Shown: piece by piece, positions 38,715-52,819 of the stretch
Numbering within the stretch: the stretch's first letter is position 1
Layout: each line of letters starts with the position of its first letter
Assembly (NCBI GenBank): GCA_951406725.2
Contig: OX597814.1
Location: 224,130,001-224,194,000 of the forward strand
Direction of reading: 5' to 3'
DNA length: 64,000 bases
Origin: Octopus vulgaris
Taxonomy: Eukaryota
Program-made: the position numbers and the translations under genes
Notes under the pieces: generated by a model
Told to the model about the DNA's origin: nothing
The model's input: only the letters and a program-made list of their open reading frames with translations
The model's database searches: none

Positions 38715-38960
38715 GAAGGTGTGTGGCCTAGCGGTTAGGGTTGTTGAGTTCAAAGTTTTAAGTTCGCTGTTTCGAATTTCTGATTGGGCGGTGCATTTGT
38801 TCTCTTCAGCAAAACACTTCATTTCACGTTACATCAGTCCGGTCAATTAGAAATGAATACCAGCAGCAGCAGCTGGCTTTTAACCCTTGAACGTCCTAAC
38901 GTCGGGTTACGCGCGCGCCAGCGCGTGTGTGTGAGCCATGGAAACAGGAGCTTGATGTGT
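38715..38960 (+). mobile_element. Old tRNA-derived SINE (as 581-790)
   Basis: GTGGCCTAGCGGTTAGGG A-box; TGTTCTCTTCAGCAAAACACTTCATTTCACG. Confidence 0.55.
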
Positions 38961-39747
38961 AAGTGACCTAAAAATACATTACACTTGATCCCCTGAAATA
39001 ATTGTCAGCTGTTGTTTTAGCTCGAGGTAATTTCTGATCGTGTAAATCTTTGATCAAACGCATTCCAATCATGACCCTTTCGGGGGTTTTTTTTTCAAGC
39101 ATGATGAATCTAGGATTACATTACTTAATTTCTTCTCTTTTTTTTTCTCAAAACAATGAGGTGAGTTTTGAGTGCAATTTGGCTGCTATATTTAAAAGGT
39201 CGGAATACTTCATTGAAGCTGTGTCGTTGACATAAATGCTTCATTGTTGACATAAATAAGTCTTGATAAAGATGTAGATCCAATAGATTGGAACTAATCT
39301 TATAAAACTATCCCAAGCGTCTCATTAAAGAATATTTGATCTCAGGACGTAACGAACTGGAGCAAACATGTGACTTTCTGTCCGACACTCTATCCCTTAA
39401 TAACTGTTTCTGATTTAGGCACAAGGCAGACGATTTCGAGGGGAGAGTTTTAGTCGATTATATTGATCTCCAGTAGATAAGTGGTACTGGATTTTATCTA
39501 CTCTGGTGAGATGAAAAGCGAAGTTGATCTGGACGGGGTCTGAAGTCACAACAAATACCACAAGGCATTTTGTCCGACGCTCAAAAGTTTCTGATAATAA
39601 TTATTTGTCTTGTTTTGCCATCAATACTCATTATTGCATACAACGACGAGAGGGGGGGTTACAAAGACTTGTAGAGATGTATCTACGTAATATTATTTAA
39701 AGTATTACAAAAATATACCGAAAAATGTTACACAATGTACTCTCTTT

Positions 39748-39947
39748 CTCTCTTTTACTTGTTTCAGTCATGTAACTGTGGCCATGCTGGAGCACAGCCT
39801 TTAGTCGAGCAAATCGACCCCAGGACTTATTCTTTGTAAGCCTAGTACTTATTCTATCGGTCTCTTTTGCCGAACCGCTAAGTTACGGGGACGTAAGCAC
39901 ACCAGCATCGGTTGTCAAGTGATGTTGGGGAGACAAACACAGACACA

Positions 39948-39996
<49 letters not shown>

Positions 39997-40171
39997 ACAC
40001 ATATTTTTATATATACATATATACGACGGTCTTCTTTTAGTTTCCGTCTACCAAATCCACTCACAGGGCTATGGTAGAAGACACTTGCCCAAGGTGCCAT
40101 GCAGTGAGACTGAACCCGGAACCATGTGTTTGGTAAGCAAGCTACCTACCACACAGCCACTCCTACGCCTA
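39748..40171 (-). mobile_element. SINE family 1 copy
   Basis: Reverse complement of 2672-3087 with a small deletion. Confidence 0.85.
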
Positions 40172-40239
40172 TTGAAACATGTAAAACATTTTCATAAAAA
40201 TAAATGTATCGATTTAAATAAGATAAATACAAGTAAAAC

Positions 40240-42260
40240 AATAAAAGCAAATGAGGTCAATTTATCCAAATACGAGTTGGAAGCCGCTAAGTTGGATCTG
40301 AGCAACACCACGACTCCAATCGCCTTCACCCCTGATACTGTAAGCTAAATCAACCCGTGAATATCATCCTCCGTATTGGAAAGAATAAAAGGTATCCCAC
40401 TTCCTCTGGGCATAATTTCAGGTGATGATAGATTATCGTTGTGTGTTTTACCAATAATTCCCCAATCCGTCTGTGTTGTGAAGTTTGGTTTTATTTTATA
40501 TATCTTTATCGTCTTTCTTCATGCACCCGGTCAGTTCTATCACAAAACCCCGTCAATTCTATCACAAATTATTTCACGGCTGTACGAAGTACCAAAAGTT
40601 AGTACTTCGTACAGCCGTGAAACCATTTCATCCTGTGTGGGACAGGAGTATTCTTCTTCGTTTGTGATACACGCCTTTGCTTTGGATTGACATTTCTTCG
40701 TTTGTTTCTTTGTTTCTTTGTTTCTTTTTCTATTTTTGTGACTTTTCGTTCAATTTGCCTTTCAAGGTAATTTTCTCCTCCTGTCTAACTTCCATTTGCT
40801 CCCCATCGCCGAGAACTGGTATTAGTCTTCGGTTCCTGTTACGTAGACGACGCGAATTTTTCAGCTATCCTCAGAACTGCAACTGACAACACTCTAGAAA
40901 CGGTAGTTTCTGGGGTCTGCTGCTGCTGTTTCCATCTCTTCTGTTTCTCCCTGTTATTCTTCTTTCTCTGCATTTCCCGTTTCTCTAAACATCAAAACCT
41001 CAAGTATAACACAGAAAACAACTGGGCTTTATGTCCTCAACTACCAGCTTCTTCGCTTTTCTCTTTACCCCTACTATAGGCTTCCAGGAGCTCATCAGGA
41101 TTGACACGTCCATGTATGCCATATACGACAAAATTTTGTCATGTCACCTCCGCTCTAACTGATGCCCCATACTGTCCAGAAAACTTTAGGGAGACTTCAA
41201 AGTCAATGCCAAAATAAAACATGGGACCCCCCCCCCTTTTCTTTTACTTGCTGAGTCTGTAGGAAAGAGAAGAGACTATGGTCTTTGCAGGCATTTTGAG
41301 ATGCCGTTAATGTTATATTTAAACTGTTTTAGGTAAACTGTTGCAGGATAAAGCACGAGAGGAGAGAAGCTTCCAGAGGAACGATGTTCTGGAGAAGAAA
41401 AGCATATTCAATAGTGCCAGAAAAGGAAGATGGTTGCAATACGGGTCACGAGAGATGAAGATACGAATGGTTTTGAGGTGCCTGAGTAGTGAAGGTACAG
41501 GGCCGGCCAGCTCTGAGGAGCAGATACTATTATAGTAGCGATAGAAAAGACAGACGTAAAAGATGATCGCATGTTCGTGGGTCAGAGACTAAAGCGTGTC
41601 CGTAGGTCATTGGAATATCAATCAGTCAAGTGGCCCTTCTCTGGATTTAGTCCTTTTTTACGCTTCCTCATATATTCCGATGCTAGTGTGTCTGCAGCTG
41701 CATAACTGACCAACTCGTACCGACACCTTATCTCTCGTCCTAAAAACTAGGCGCACGCATCCATACTTGCTACCCTGCTTACGTAAACATCATCGTATTA
41801 CATATCAACCAGTGCTTCTTCCAACTGTTCTTTTGTTGGAATATGACAGTATATTTCAGTTTTGGCAATACAGAGAGGTACTTTAAATCTGGCTCTTTCC
41901 TGGACCCATTCCTCGAACGGAAAGGTCCTGTCTCTCGTAATATAACTCAACCAATTTTTAAAATTTTATCTGGAGCCAACCTATGGACACATTAGCCGAA
42001 CTCTTGTTAAAATTTTGGCTATTGCCACTTGTGATGTGTACTGAGGTCTGTTTTTATCTATTTTTGCAAAAGTATCTGTGAAACTAATTTTCTTTATTGT
42101 TTATCTTTTATTAAATCTGTAAAGAAATTTTTAGGTGCAGGATGATGGTGGCTAAATGCTGTTACCATTTTTGGAGTGGCTTTCCCTTTAATGAATATCA
42201 TGTTTACATTTTTTTTTAAATGTCTGACAGCAAAACAAACAAGAATTGTTTCAAAGTCTT
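40240..42260 (-). pseudogene. Decayed L1/Tx1-like LINE 5' half (ORF1 into APE endonuclease start), interrupted at 41240-41650
   Basis: ORF1-like 'PTKEQLEEALVD..VYVSR / SKYGCVRLVF..SEYMRKR' and APE-like 'TVSGVKAIGVVVLLRSNL'. Many frameshifts. Confidence 0.4.
41240..41650 (-). pseudogene. Jockey/L2-group LINE RT C-terminal fragment
   Basis: 'IQRRAT*LI', 'YNSICSSELAGPVP', 'FFSRTSFLW', 'QFKYNIN'. Confidence 0.6.
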
Positions 42261-43316
42261 TTTCTTCTCCAATCGAGAAAAAGACACAAGAATCTCCTCC
42301 TCACCACCCTATTAACTGCTCCACATGAATACACCCTAAATAAATAATTAAAAAAAAAAAACGTAAATATAAACCGCCTATTTAGAGTGTATTCTAATAT
42401 TTTTGTAAAACTCGCGATTTTGAAAAATACAAAAAAAAAAAAAATTCCCCATCCTTAAGAAAATAAAACAAACAGCCAAAAAAGTTTGTCGCCGACTCCT
42501 CCTCCATATGTCTCCGTGAATGTTAGATGTTCTCACATCTGAAGAATAAGATTACAACGTCATAGCTTTATTCAGACACATGTTGAATACATATGCCTAA
42601 AGAAGTTCTAAGAAGCAGATCTCATATCAAAATTATGTATTGTTTATCGGATGAGTGAAGAATCTACGTTTCATCTGAATAAGAAACTAGTCTGTCGGAT
42701 ATAAATTTCCCAGAAATGTTACCCTGGTGGGATTTGAAATCGGAGCGAAGAAAGACGAAATTAAATACACGAAGAAAATTAGTTCAGCAAAGCGTTTCGC
42801 CACATTCACACTTTTTAATAAAGGATAAGATATGAATCAGTTTAAGGTTGGTGGGATGCCATACAGAATTAGACAATCCAAACGGCTGTTTTAGTGGCTG
42901 ACATTTTTATGTTCAAAAGCCATGTAAATGGGAGGCAGAAATTCCGCAGTCCCCAGTGGAGTTGAACCATAGAACGTTCGAGACAGAGTATTATCATATT
43001 TTATCTCACAGAATTCCCAGGTCTTAGAATGGCTCGAGAAAATAAAGGTTTTTCGTAAATCGACACTAAGTACTGAGATAACTTGATGACTGGCAAAAAT
43101 ACCCAGGGACGCGGTTTGTTTCAAAAACTAATGGTGTAAGTTGGTAAATGGCAGTGTCTACAAATGAAACAGCATGTGATATATAAAAAACAGAGTGTAT
43201 ACATATTATATGTTTAGAAGCAGAATCTCCTGGGACAGGACGTTTAAGCTAAAGCTCAAACGCACCGTTCTGATCTTTAACGGATACATACTTGAGCAAT
43301 AAAGCATCTCTTTTAC

Positions 43317-43389
<73 letters not shown>

Positions 43390-43663
43390 ACACACACATA
43401 CACACACACACACACATTCAAACATTATGATGCACCAAGGCATTTCATCAGTGATGTCTTGTGGAGTCATTTGATATTTGGAGTCTTTCAACAATCAAGC
43501 ATCGAGGTAACCCAACCGAAGTTGTTTAAGCCTTAACTTATGTCCATTTAGCATCACCGCAGTTACTTCTACCTCTTTCGCAGATCACATTTCTTGATCA
43601 ACACCAGTCTTAAAGTAATGTCTCCTGCCTCCAAGAGCCAATTGGATGATCATCCGCTAACAA

Positions 43664-43862
43664 GGCGGCGAGCTGGCAGAATCGTTAGCACGCCGGGTAA
43701 AATGTTTTGTGGTATTTTGTCCGTCTTTACGTTCTGAGTTCAAGTAGACATTGTCTTTCATCGTTTAAAGGTCGATAAAATAAGTATCAGTTGAACACTG
43801 AGGTCGATGTAATTGACTTAGCCACCCCGCGAGATTGCTGGCCTTGTGCTAAAATTTTAAAT
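43664..43862 (+). mobile_element. SINE family 2 copy
   Basis: GGCGGCGAGCTGGCAGAATCGTTAGC head; tail GGCCTTGTGCTAAAAT. Confidence 0.75.
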
Positions 43863-43935
43863 CAATACGTGTGTGTGTGTATACGATAAAAGTTAGGAGG
43901 CATAGGAAGAGAATTTAACCGCGTGATGTCCTTAA

Positions 43936-44088
43936 GATTACGGCTGTTTCGCAACCTTCTTCATGAAGTATTAATTTCAGTGTAAGAGAAATGTTTTCAC
44001 GTTTGCAGTAATATGTAGGCTAGACATTATACAATACAATAGTATATTTACAAATCAATGAAAATAAAGAAAGCTGGCTTATCAGATC
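43936..44088 (-). ncRNA. Degenerate hammerhead-like motif with very long stem II insertion (family H)
   Basis: Minus strand GAT-CTGATAA-GCcAGCTTTCTT...(~105 nt)...AAGAAGGTTGC-GAA-AC agcc GT-A-ATC. Confidence 0.45.
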
Positions 44089-44671
44089 ACCAGAACGTCA
44101 AGGTTACACCAACGGTTCAACTCTAAATATACATACAAAATATTCTCTTTACAAATACAATGTATAGGAGGTCGAACCTGGACATAGCTTGATTTGGTCA
44201 ATAAAATTAAAGATTTGTTGATTCATATCCATTAAAGCACTAGGTGCAAATTCGAAGTATTGACTATTCTGAATGTAAACTAAAACGAGGAAATGAGAAG
44301 TGAAAGTAAAAGTAGATAAAGTAAATATATAAAATAAAATAAAATAGCTTAAAGCTTGTAAAAATATATAAATGAATTTTTAGCCGAAGTAATCATGTGG
44401 ATGGATAAATGGGGAACAGACAGACAAAGATATAATATTAAACCAAAATATAATATTGAACAACAGTGAAACTCAAAATAGAGTTAAATTGTCGCATGGC
44501 TTCTCACAAAAGAATTTGAACTTCTAAGAATTTTAATCACACTTTCCAATCACATCGCAAAATACTTTCCAGTTCAATGATCTGGATTAACACAAAAACA
44601 TACACACACTCACAGATAAAAAGAGGAGGTTTCTGTGAGACACACGAGTGTCCGAATCCACATCTTATAAT

Positions 44672-44707
<36 letters not shown>

Positions 44708-44724
44708 GTATACACACATATATG

Positions 44725-44765
<41 letters not shown>

Positions 44766-45123
44766 CTGCTTTCTCAATATTTTTAGTATTTTAAAGTATT
44801 TTATAAATTTTTAGTCGTTTTTTGATGGGATGTTACTATACGTATTTTTTTTCCGCATATATGCATATTTTTACCTTGCTGGTTTTCTGTATTTGTATGT
44901 CTTATATATTTTATATTTTGATTTATATATTATGAAAGCCATGGTAATGTTTATTTATATATGATGTATCTTGGAGGTTTGATACCGTATATAAAGTTGT
45001 TAACTCATTTTAATGTTTGTTCGATGACCTATATTTAATTATCCTTGCCTCATTTATTCGAGGACTTCTTTTTTGCAGTCTTATATGCTGTTTGTCTCTT
45101 TTGAAAGAAACAATAGTTATTCT

Positions 45124-45264
<141 letters not shown>

Positions 45265-45528
45265 AATAAATTTAACAATTAAGGATAACTTCTTAATAAC
45301 GAATCTTAACAAGAAATTATCAGGTAGTTAGCGTGAAAAACCTCATAAAAGAAAAGAATTCGAAAATAATTTTTTTCTTTTGAACAAATTAATTATATCT
45401 ATATTGTGTAGAGGGCATTATTACACATAAATGCCTCACACTAAGAGGGACAAAGTCATTACTACCAAAATTACACCAATCATACCTAAATGCAGTTCTT
45501 CAAAGCAAGACATTTAAAAAATGAATTT

Positions 45529-45585
45529 AGTTCTGTATCACAATGATTTCACATTTAACTTACGTCTATGATCATCAGCAGAACT
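45529..45585 (-). ncRNA. Type I hammerhead (family E), antisense copy
   Basis: Mirror of 45597-45653 with one stem III change (ATCAT-t-GTGAT, pairing retained as U-G). Confidence 0.8.
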
Positions 45586-45596
45586 GATTCAGAATC

Positions 45597-45653
45597 AGTT
45601 CTGCTGATGATCATAGACGTAAGTTAAATGTGAAATCACTGTGATACAGAACT
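45597..45653 (+). ncRNA. Type I hammerhead (family E)
   Basis: Stem I AGTTCTG/CAGAACT; CTGATGA 45604-45610; stem II tCATaGAC-gtaa-GTTaaATGt; GAA; stem III ATCAC-t-GTGAT; AUA at 45646. Confidence 0.8.
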
Positions 45654-45812
45654 AAATTCATTTTTTAAATGTCTTGCTTTGAAGAACTGCATTTAGGTAT
45701 GATTGGTGTAATTTTGGTAGTAATGACTTTGTCCCTCTTAGTGTGAGGCATTTATGTGTAATAATGCCCTCTATACAATATAGATATATATATATATTTG
45801 TGTATATATATA

Positions 45813-46262
45813 TTTTAAGTTTCAGCCCAGAGCTGCGGCCATGCTGACGCACCGCCGTTTTCCGCTACACTGTTATTACTAGGAGCCTCCTCTAATATGT
45901 GGCACTTGATGAAGAATGGAGTTTGATATAGCTACCCTCATTTGCACCTCTTGCCGTGAGGTAGGCTCATCTGGGACTCTCGACAGGAAGCGGTCCAGCT
46001 TTGATTTACAAACCCCTACATCTACTTTGTGCAAGTTCCTCAGACTCTTTGAGAGAATATTAAAAAGCTGTAGGCCCTTGAAACCCAGGCTGTTGCAGTA
46101 ACTGATCCTGAAGCGTGATGGCGTTGCTGGGATCTTTGGCACCATGCAGTGTCGTCCCGTTCTGGCATTGGTTTAGCTTTCAATGCCAAAATTTAGCACA
46201 GCTCCTTCCAGGATCTTCCAGATATATATTACTGCATACCTCTCCCGTTTTCTCTCCGTCTT
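45813..46262 (-). pseudogene. CR1/L2-group LINE 3' end (RT C-terminus + 3' UTR)
   Basis: '[18 protein letters not shown]', 'GLQLFNIL..SLRN', 'KSKLDRFLSRVPDEP'; 3' UTR GGCGGTGCGTCAGCATGGCCGCAGCTCTGGGCTGAAAC. Confidence 0.8.
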
Positions 46263-46279
46263 ATGTACATATATATATA

Positions 46280-46334
<55 letters not shown>

Positions 46335-46397
46335 ATGTGTATATATATACATATACCTACGTATGTATATATATATATATAAATGCATATATATATA

Positions 46398-46443
<46 letters not shown>

Positions 46444-46459
46444 CATATATATATGTATG

Positions 46460-46491
<32 letters not shown>

Positions 46492-47090
46492 TATGTATAT
46501 ATATATGTATATATATACATAAATATACATCTTACAACAGAGATGCAGAGGAAAAGTGTGCGTGTGCGCGCGCGCTTATATTTCTGAGACTTAGCAGACC
46601 ACTTCAACCCACCTATCACCTTTTCTCTTAAGGTCAGTGTTAGTCATGAGTCTGACAAATTAAGCCCTAGTTGATAGATGACACTCTTCAAACTGTAATT
46701 TAGCGAGCCTGTGTATTTTTAAGTATTGTGAATGTGTGTGTGAGTGTGTGAGTGTGCGTGCGTGCGCGTGAGTGTGTGTGCATTTGTGTGGACGTGAGCG
46801 CAGATGCATAGATGAGAGTATTGAGATGCACACGACCATGTCTAAACAAAAACCAACACAAATATACTAGCGCGTGTGCGCACGCGCATGAGTAGACTAA
46901 TACAGATATATGCACAACAGACACACACATATACAAATAGGCCCATAGAGAGGAATAACATGACGGATGTGATGCATATCTGTGTGTGTATATATGCACA
47001 TACATACACACACACATATATATGCACATACAAACACATATATGTGTATATATATATATGCACATACATTTGAATACATATGAAAATTAG

Positions 47091-47640
47091 CACATCTCAC
47101 TCCTCTGGAACTTCACCATTCAAACTGACAGAAAGATAGATGCAAATAGGCCAGACATTATATTGAAAGACTTCAGACAAAGAACATGCCTCCTCATTGA
47201 TATGACTGTCCCAATCGATATAAACGTATCCGTCAAGACCTACCAAAAACTGAGCAAATATATAGATCTTGAAATAGAAATCATCAAAATGTGGAACCTG
47301 AAGACTAAAACAATACCTGTTGTCATAGGTGCCCCTGGGAATGATAGCAAAACTCAGATGCTACCTAACTCAGATACCAGGAAACCCCAAAATGACAGAA
47401 ATTCAAAAGATAGTGCTCATGGGAACTGCTCACATCCTACGCAAAATACTATGTAATCTCAAATTTTAAAACAAACATAATTTTCGTATGGCTCTTTAGA
47501 CATTCACTAGTACAACACTAAATACAAAACCAAATATATGGCACACTAGGCATAACAACAACATGAACTTCCAACCTGTTGTCTCTTGAGGTCTCTGGGT
47601 GAGACTTGGAGCCAACTTGTACAAATGTAAATTCAAACAT
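47091..47640 (+). pseudogene. R4/Dong-clade 3' fragment (restriction-like endonuclease)
   Basis: 'LWNFTIQTDRKIDANRPDI', 'CLLIDMTVP', 'KLSKYIDLEIEI.KMW', 'IPVVIGA'; ends near AATAATAATAA. Confidence 0.85.
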
Positions 47641-47970
47641 AGAATAATAATAAAACAACGCAAACTAAACAATCCACAAACACAAAACACTCTGTATAGC
47701 AAATATCCGATAAAATAAACAACCACCCACAGGTTACATATCCAACGGAAGAAGAAAACTCGCATGACACAAACAACACATAATACAAACGCTGAATACA
47801 ACAAAGGACTGCAACCAGACACCATAGTAAAACAAGCATGCAAAACAATACCGGGAAGCGTTTTCACACTCGCAAGAACAAAAACGAACACACAATGCAG
47901 CACTCACCCCAGCAAGACGGAGGTGAGCAGGTGATGAAGTAAAAAACTTGTATGAAACTACCAAATTTTT

Positions 47971-47971
47971 T

Positions 47972-48069
<98 letters not shown>

Positions 48070-48071
48070 AT

Positions 48072-48139
<68 letters not shown>

Positions 48140-48176
48140 ATAATAATAATAATAATAATAATGATAATAATAATAA
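47971..48176. repeat. (ACT)n(GCT)n(ACT)n(AAT)n array
   Basis: Direct reading. Confidence 0.95.
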
Positions 48177-48307
48177 TGAGATTACCATGCCACGCGCACA
48201 TTCTTGTGATGCATGTGCCTGGTGTACCCTTATGAGACGGGTAGTCATGATGGGTATATTGGGCTTCGTATATTTGTATCCCAGTGATACGTATTACTCT
48301 CTCACTC
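48177..48307 (+). mobile_element. Element 'X', heavily 5'-truncated
   Basis: Matches 5553-5695 with a small deletion; (AAT)n on both sides. Confidence 0.8.
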
Positions 48308-48329
48308 AATAATAATAATGGTGATAATG

Positions 48330-48690
48330 ATTTCAATTTTTGGCACAAGGCCAGCAATTTCGGCTGAGAAGGTAAATCGATTCGATCGCTCCTAGAATTT
48401 GAGCTCAGAACGTAAAGACGAACGAAGTGCCGCTAAGCATTTTGTCCGGGGTGCTAACGATCCTGCAAGCTCGCCGCCTCAATAATAATAATAATAATGT
48501 TCCTTTTTATAAAAGGTACAAGGCCTGAAATTTGGGAGGAAGGGACTAGTCGATTACATCGACTCCAGTGTTTCACTGGTACTTAATTTATCGACCCCGA
48601 AAGGATATTTGAACTCAGAACGTAGCGACGGGCGAAATACCGCTAAGCAGTTCGTCCAGCGCGGTAAAGATTCTGCCATCACGCCGCCCT
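48330..48690 (-). mobile_element. Two SINE family 2 copies in (AAT)n
   Basis: Heads at 48460-48479 and 48670-48689. Confidence 0.75.
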
Positions 48691-48705
48691 AATAATAATA
48701 ATAAT

Positions 48706-48776
<71 letters not shown>

Positions 48777-48778
<2 letters not shown>

Positions 48779-49693
48779 GTTATAAAACAAATGAAATCCA
48801 AACTAAAAATAGAACAGCAACGAACCATGATAAAACGATGGCAAGAAAAGCCCCTTCATGGTAAATACTGCACTAAACTAAACGCAAAAGAAATAGACAA
48901 AGAAAAATCCCAGCAATGGTTGAGAAGCTCAGGACTCAAAGCAGAAACAGAGGGATTTTTAATTGCAGCACAAGACCAAAGCCTCCCCACCAGAAATTAC
49001 CAAAAACATGTAATGAAAAGAAATATTACAAGTAACTGCAGAATATGTGGAGATGGACAAGAAACAATAAATCTAGCTGCCCAGTCCTGGCTAAGAAGGA
49101 ATATATTCACAGACACGACAGAGTTAGGACCTACATACACTTGAAGCTATGCCAACATTATGGAATAACAACAGAAAAAAGATGGTATAGGCACACACCA
49201 GAAAAGGTCACAGAAAACAAGAAAGCAACCATACTCTGGGATATGCCGATACACACAGATAGAGAAATTAAGGCCAACAGACCAGATATAGTTGTCAGAG
49301 ATCATGAAGAAAAAAATGCTTTCTAACTGATGTATCAATACCGGCAGATGACAACGTGTCTCTAAAAGAAATGGAGAAACTCTCAAAATACAAAGACCTG
49401 GAAATAGAGGTAATTAGAATGTGGAATCTGAAAACAGAAACAATTCCTATCATAGTAGGTGCATTAGGCATGATAAAAAAATATTCAGACAAATACATAA
49501 CAAAAACACCAGGACTTACAAACACATATAACATACAGAAAATTGCACTACTAGGCACTGCACACATCATACGCAGAACACTTTCCATACAATAACCATC
49601 AGAGCATCACAACAAATCACAGCACATACCCAAGGCTCACAGAGCTGCGCTCGGTAGTGAAGTGAAAGCACGCTATAAAAATAAAACTACTGA
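48777..49693 (+). pseudogene. R4/Dong-clade 3' fragment
   Basis: 'WQEKPLHGKY', 'LKAETEGFLIAAQDQSLPT', 'CRICG', 'YIHRHDRV', 'RPDIV', 'KYKDLEIE', 'PIIVGALG'; flanked by (AAT)n. Confidence 0.9.
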
Positions 49694-49699
49694 ATAATG

Positions 49700-49745
<46 letters not shown>

Positions 49746-49774
49746 TAATAATAATAATAATGATGATGATGATG

Positions 49775-49839
<65 letters not shown>

Positions 49840-49862
49840 AATAATAATAATAATAATAATAA

Positions 49863-50140
49863 TCTGGAAACATGGGTGGTTCTTTCAACATCCTTAAACA
49901 ACCCTTATTCAGGGACCTTTTGAGCGGGATGGGCTACTCAACCTGAAGAAAATTCTAACTGGGCCCCACCTGCAAGGTCATGTGCTGTTTATCTTGATAT
50001 GAGATCACCATGTCGCACACATATGGTTGTGATGCATGTGCCTGGTGTACCTTTATCAGACGGGTAGTCATGATGGGTATATTGGGCTTCGTATATTTTA
50101 CCCCAGTGTCACTTTGATGGCATGCACTGCTCTCTCACTC
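49863..50140 (+). mobile_element. Element 'X', 5'-truncated half copy
   Basis: Matches 5418-5695; (AAT)n on both sides. Confidence 0.85.
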
Positions 50141-50190
<50 letters not shown>

Positions 50191-50192
<2 letters not shown>

Positions 50193-50806
50193 TTACAATA
50201 TTACAATATCAAAACTGCCGACAAATGGTATAATCACCACCCTGAAGCTGTAACTGAAGGAGAAAATGTAACGATTCTGTGGGACTTTCCAGTACATACA
50301 GACCGAACCATCAAAGCCAATAAACCGGATATTGTTGTGAAAGACCAAAACAATAAAGTTTGCTTATTGATCGACATGAGCATCCCCTGTGATCATAATA
50401 TCTCGGCGAAAGAGTTTGACAAGCTCAGAAAATATAAAGACCTGCTCATTGAAATTGAGAAAATGTGGCATCTCAAGGCGGTTACAATACCAGTGATCGT
50501 AGGAGCACTAGGAATGATCAAGAAGGGAACCGAAAATTATATGAGAATGATCCCTGGCTTACCATCCCTGCAAGAAGTGTAAAAGATTGTCTTAACTGGT
50601 ACATCACACGTATTGAGAAGAGCATTGTCGATGTGAGAACTATTACTACCCATGTATTTTAATTTAACTTTAAAAAAAAATGAACGAACTAGTGAGTTTA
50701 GTTTAATGGCCTACCAATGTATACTATGAATTTCTTTGCCCTAGGAGTCGGGAAGACACTCGGCAAGAAATGGAAGCAAATTTGAAAGAAGAAGAAAAAA
50801 ATAGAT
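50191..50806 (+). pseudogene. R4/Dong-clade 3' fragment
   Basis: 'ILWDFPVHTDRTIKANKPDIVV', 'CLLIDMSIP', 'KYKDLLIEIEKMW', 'IPVIVGALG'; flanked by (AAT)n. Confidence 0.9.
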
Positions 50807-50813
50807 AATAATA

Positions 50814-50879
<66 letters not shown>

Positions 50880-51392
50880 TCCTTTCTACTAAAGGCACAA
50901 AGCCTTGTTTCCGCTGGCGATTTTATTATTCTATATTTTTATTTGTTTAAGTCATTTGACTGCTTCTCAATGAAATATAAACATACCTATAAATATATCT
51001 ATCTACTTCGGCAAATATTTTTATAACAACGTTTTTATAAGTGTATATCATTGATATATTGACCAATTATACGGAAATCTGTACATGCGTGTATATGCAG
51101 ACGTACGATTGTGAGTATGGGCATGTGTGTGTGTATTGATGTGTGTATTGAGCGAAAAGGGCGTGATTCGTGATAGTGTGTGTGTGTGTGTGCATGTGTG
51201 TCTGTGTGTGTGGTGATGAGAAATTGTGTAACATGGCCGTGAAGGATTTATATCATATATTTTTACTGAACACACAGACACAAACACACGTATGCATCTA
51301 TACATACAAGCACTCACATATGTATATATCACCCAGACACATATAATATCAATCCCTCTCTTTTTCTCTCTCCCTCAACAGATATAGGTATT

Positions 51393-51447
<55 letters not shown>

Positions 51448-51716
51448 GTCTATCTATCTACTTGTCTGTCTGTCTGCCTGTCTGTCTATATATTTATATA
51501 TATATATGTATATTCATATGTATGTATATTTATATGTACGTATATTTATATTAATATATACATATATTTATATGCATGTATAGACTTTTAAAACGCGCGC
51601 ACACACGCACACGCAACGCACACGCAACGCACACACACACACACTCACAGATAAATATGTATATATATAAATATGTGTGTGTGTGTGTACATATATATAT
51701 GTGCGTGTGTGTATAT

Positions 51717-51762
<46 letters not shown>

Positions 51763-52819
51763 GTTCATATTCATAAATACATGTATGTATTTATGTATGT
51801 ATGTATGTATATATATGTGTGTGTGTATGTGTGTTTATCTTTCTCTCTCTCTCTCTACATATATATATATATGCATGCATGTGCGTAGGCATGTACGTAA
51901 CTGTGTATGAATTTATTTATTTATGCATACTGTATCAGATACTTCCTTTTTTATTTTCATGTATTCACCAAGTGGTATTTCCTGCTTTTAGTTGAAGTTC
52001 TCTGGTGAAACTAGCGATCTGTAAGTTAATTAGTCAGAAACCCATATTTCAACAGACCCTAGCCACTATGTGGTTCTTGTGCCAACACAGTTTAGTCAAG
52101 GAAACACACATTATAATCTCCCTAACAAAACGTCTTTCAACCAATGTTTCCTTTTTATAACATCATAATTCGTTGTCTTGAATAATTTTTAATCTCTGTA
52201 ATCGTATGTATATATGCATGTATGTAGGCATGCATACATACACAGACACACACACACAAACACACACACTTACAAAAGATTGGGAAAATCTTTGGTATTA
52301 TTTAATCACCATTACACATGTTTCGTCTGCTAATAGGAATTACAAACTTGTACCAATAGTAGAAAACATAAGTTTTCTCCTATTAGAAATTCTTCATATA
52401 GAGAATATTCGATTCTCTGTCTGAAGAATTTCTAATAGAAGACACCTTACATGTTTCCTACTACATGTACAGTTCTATAATTCCTATTAGGAAATGAAAA
52501 ATGTATAATGGTGAATAAATAGTCCTTTCTACTATAGGCACAAAGCCTGAAATTTGTGGGGAAGTGTCTACTCGATTACATCGACCCCAGTGTTCAACTG
52601 GTACTTATTTATCGACTTCGAAAGGATGAAAGACAAAATCGACCTTGGAGGAATTTGAACTCGGAATGTAAAGACGGAAGAAATGCTGCTAAGCATTTTG
52701 CCGGACGTGTTACCGATTCCCCAATCTCTTGTTTTGATACATAATTACTCTGCTGAAAATATTTTCTAGTATTTTCAACTCTTAGGTATAAGATTGGGTT
52801 TGAAACTTGTTGATAATCA

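Larger units (their letters stand above)
45394..45788. mobile_element. Palindromic element E (197-bp arms, 1-nt centre) plus tail 45262-45393, in (TA)n
   Basis: Centre GAACTGATTC-A-GAATCAGTTC at 45591; two arm mismatches seen. Confidence 0.92.
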
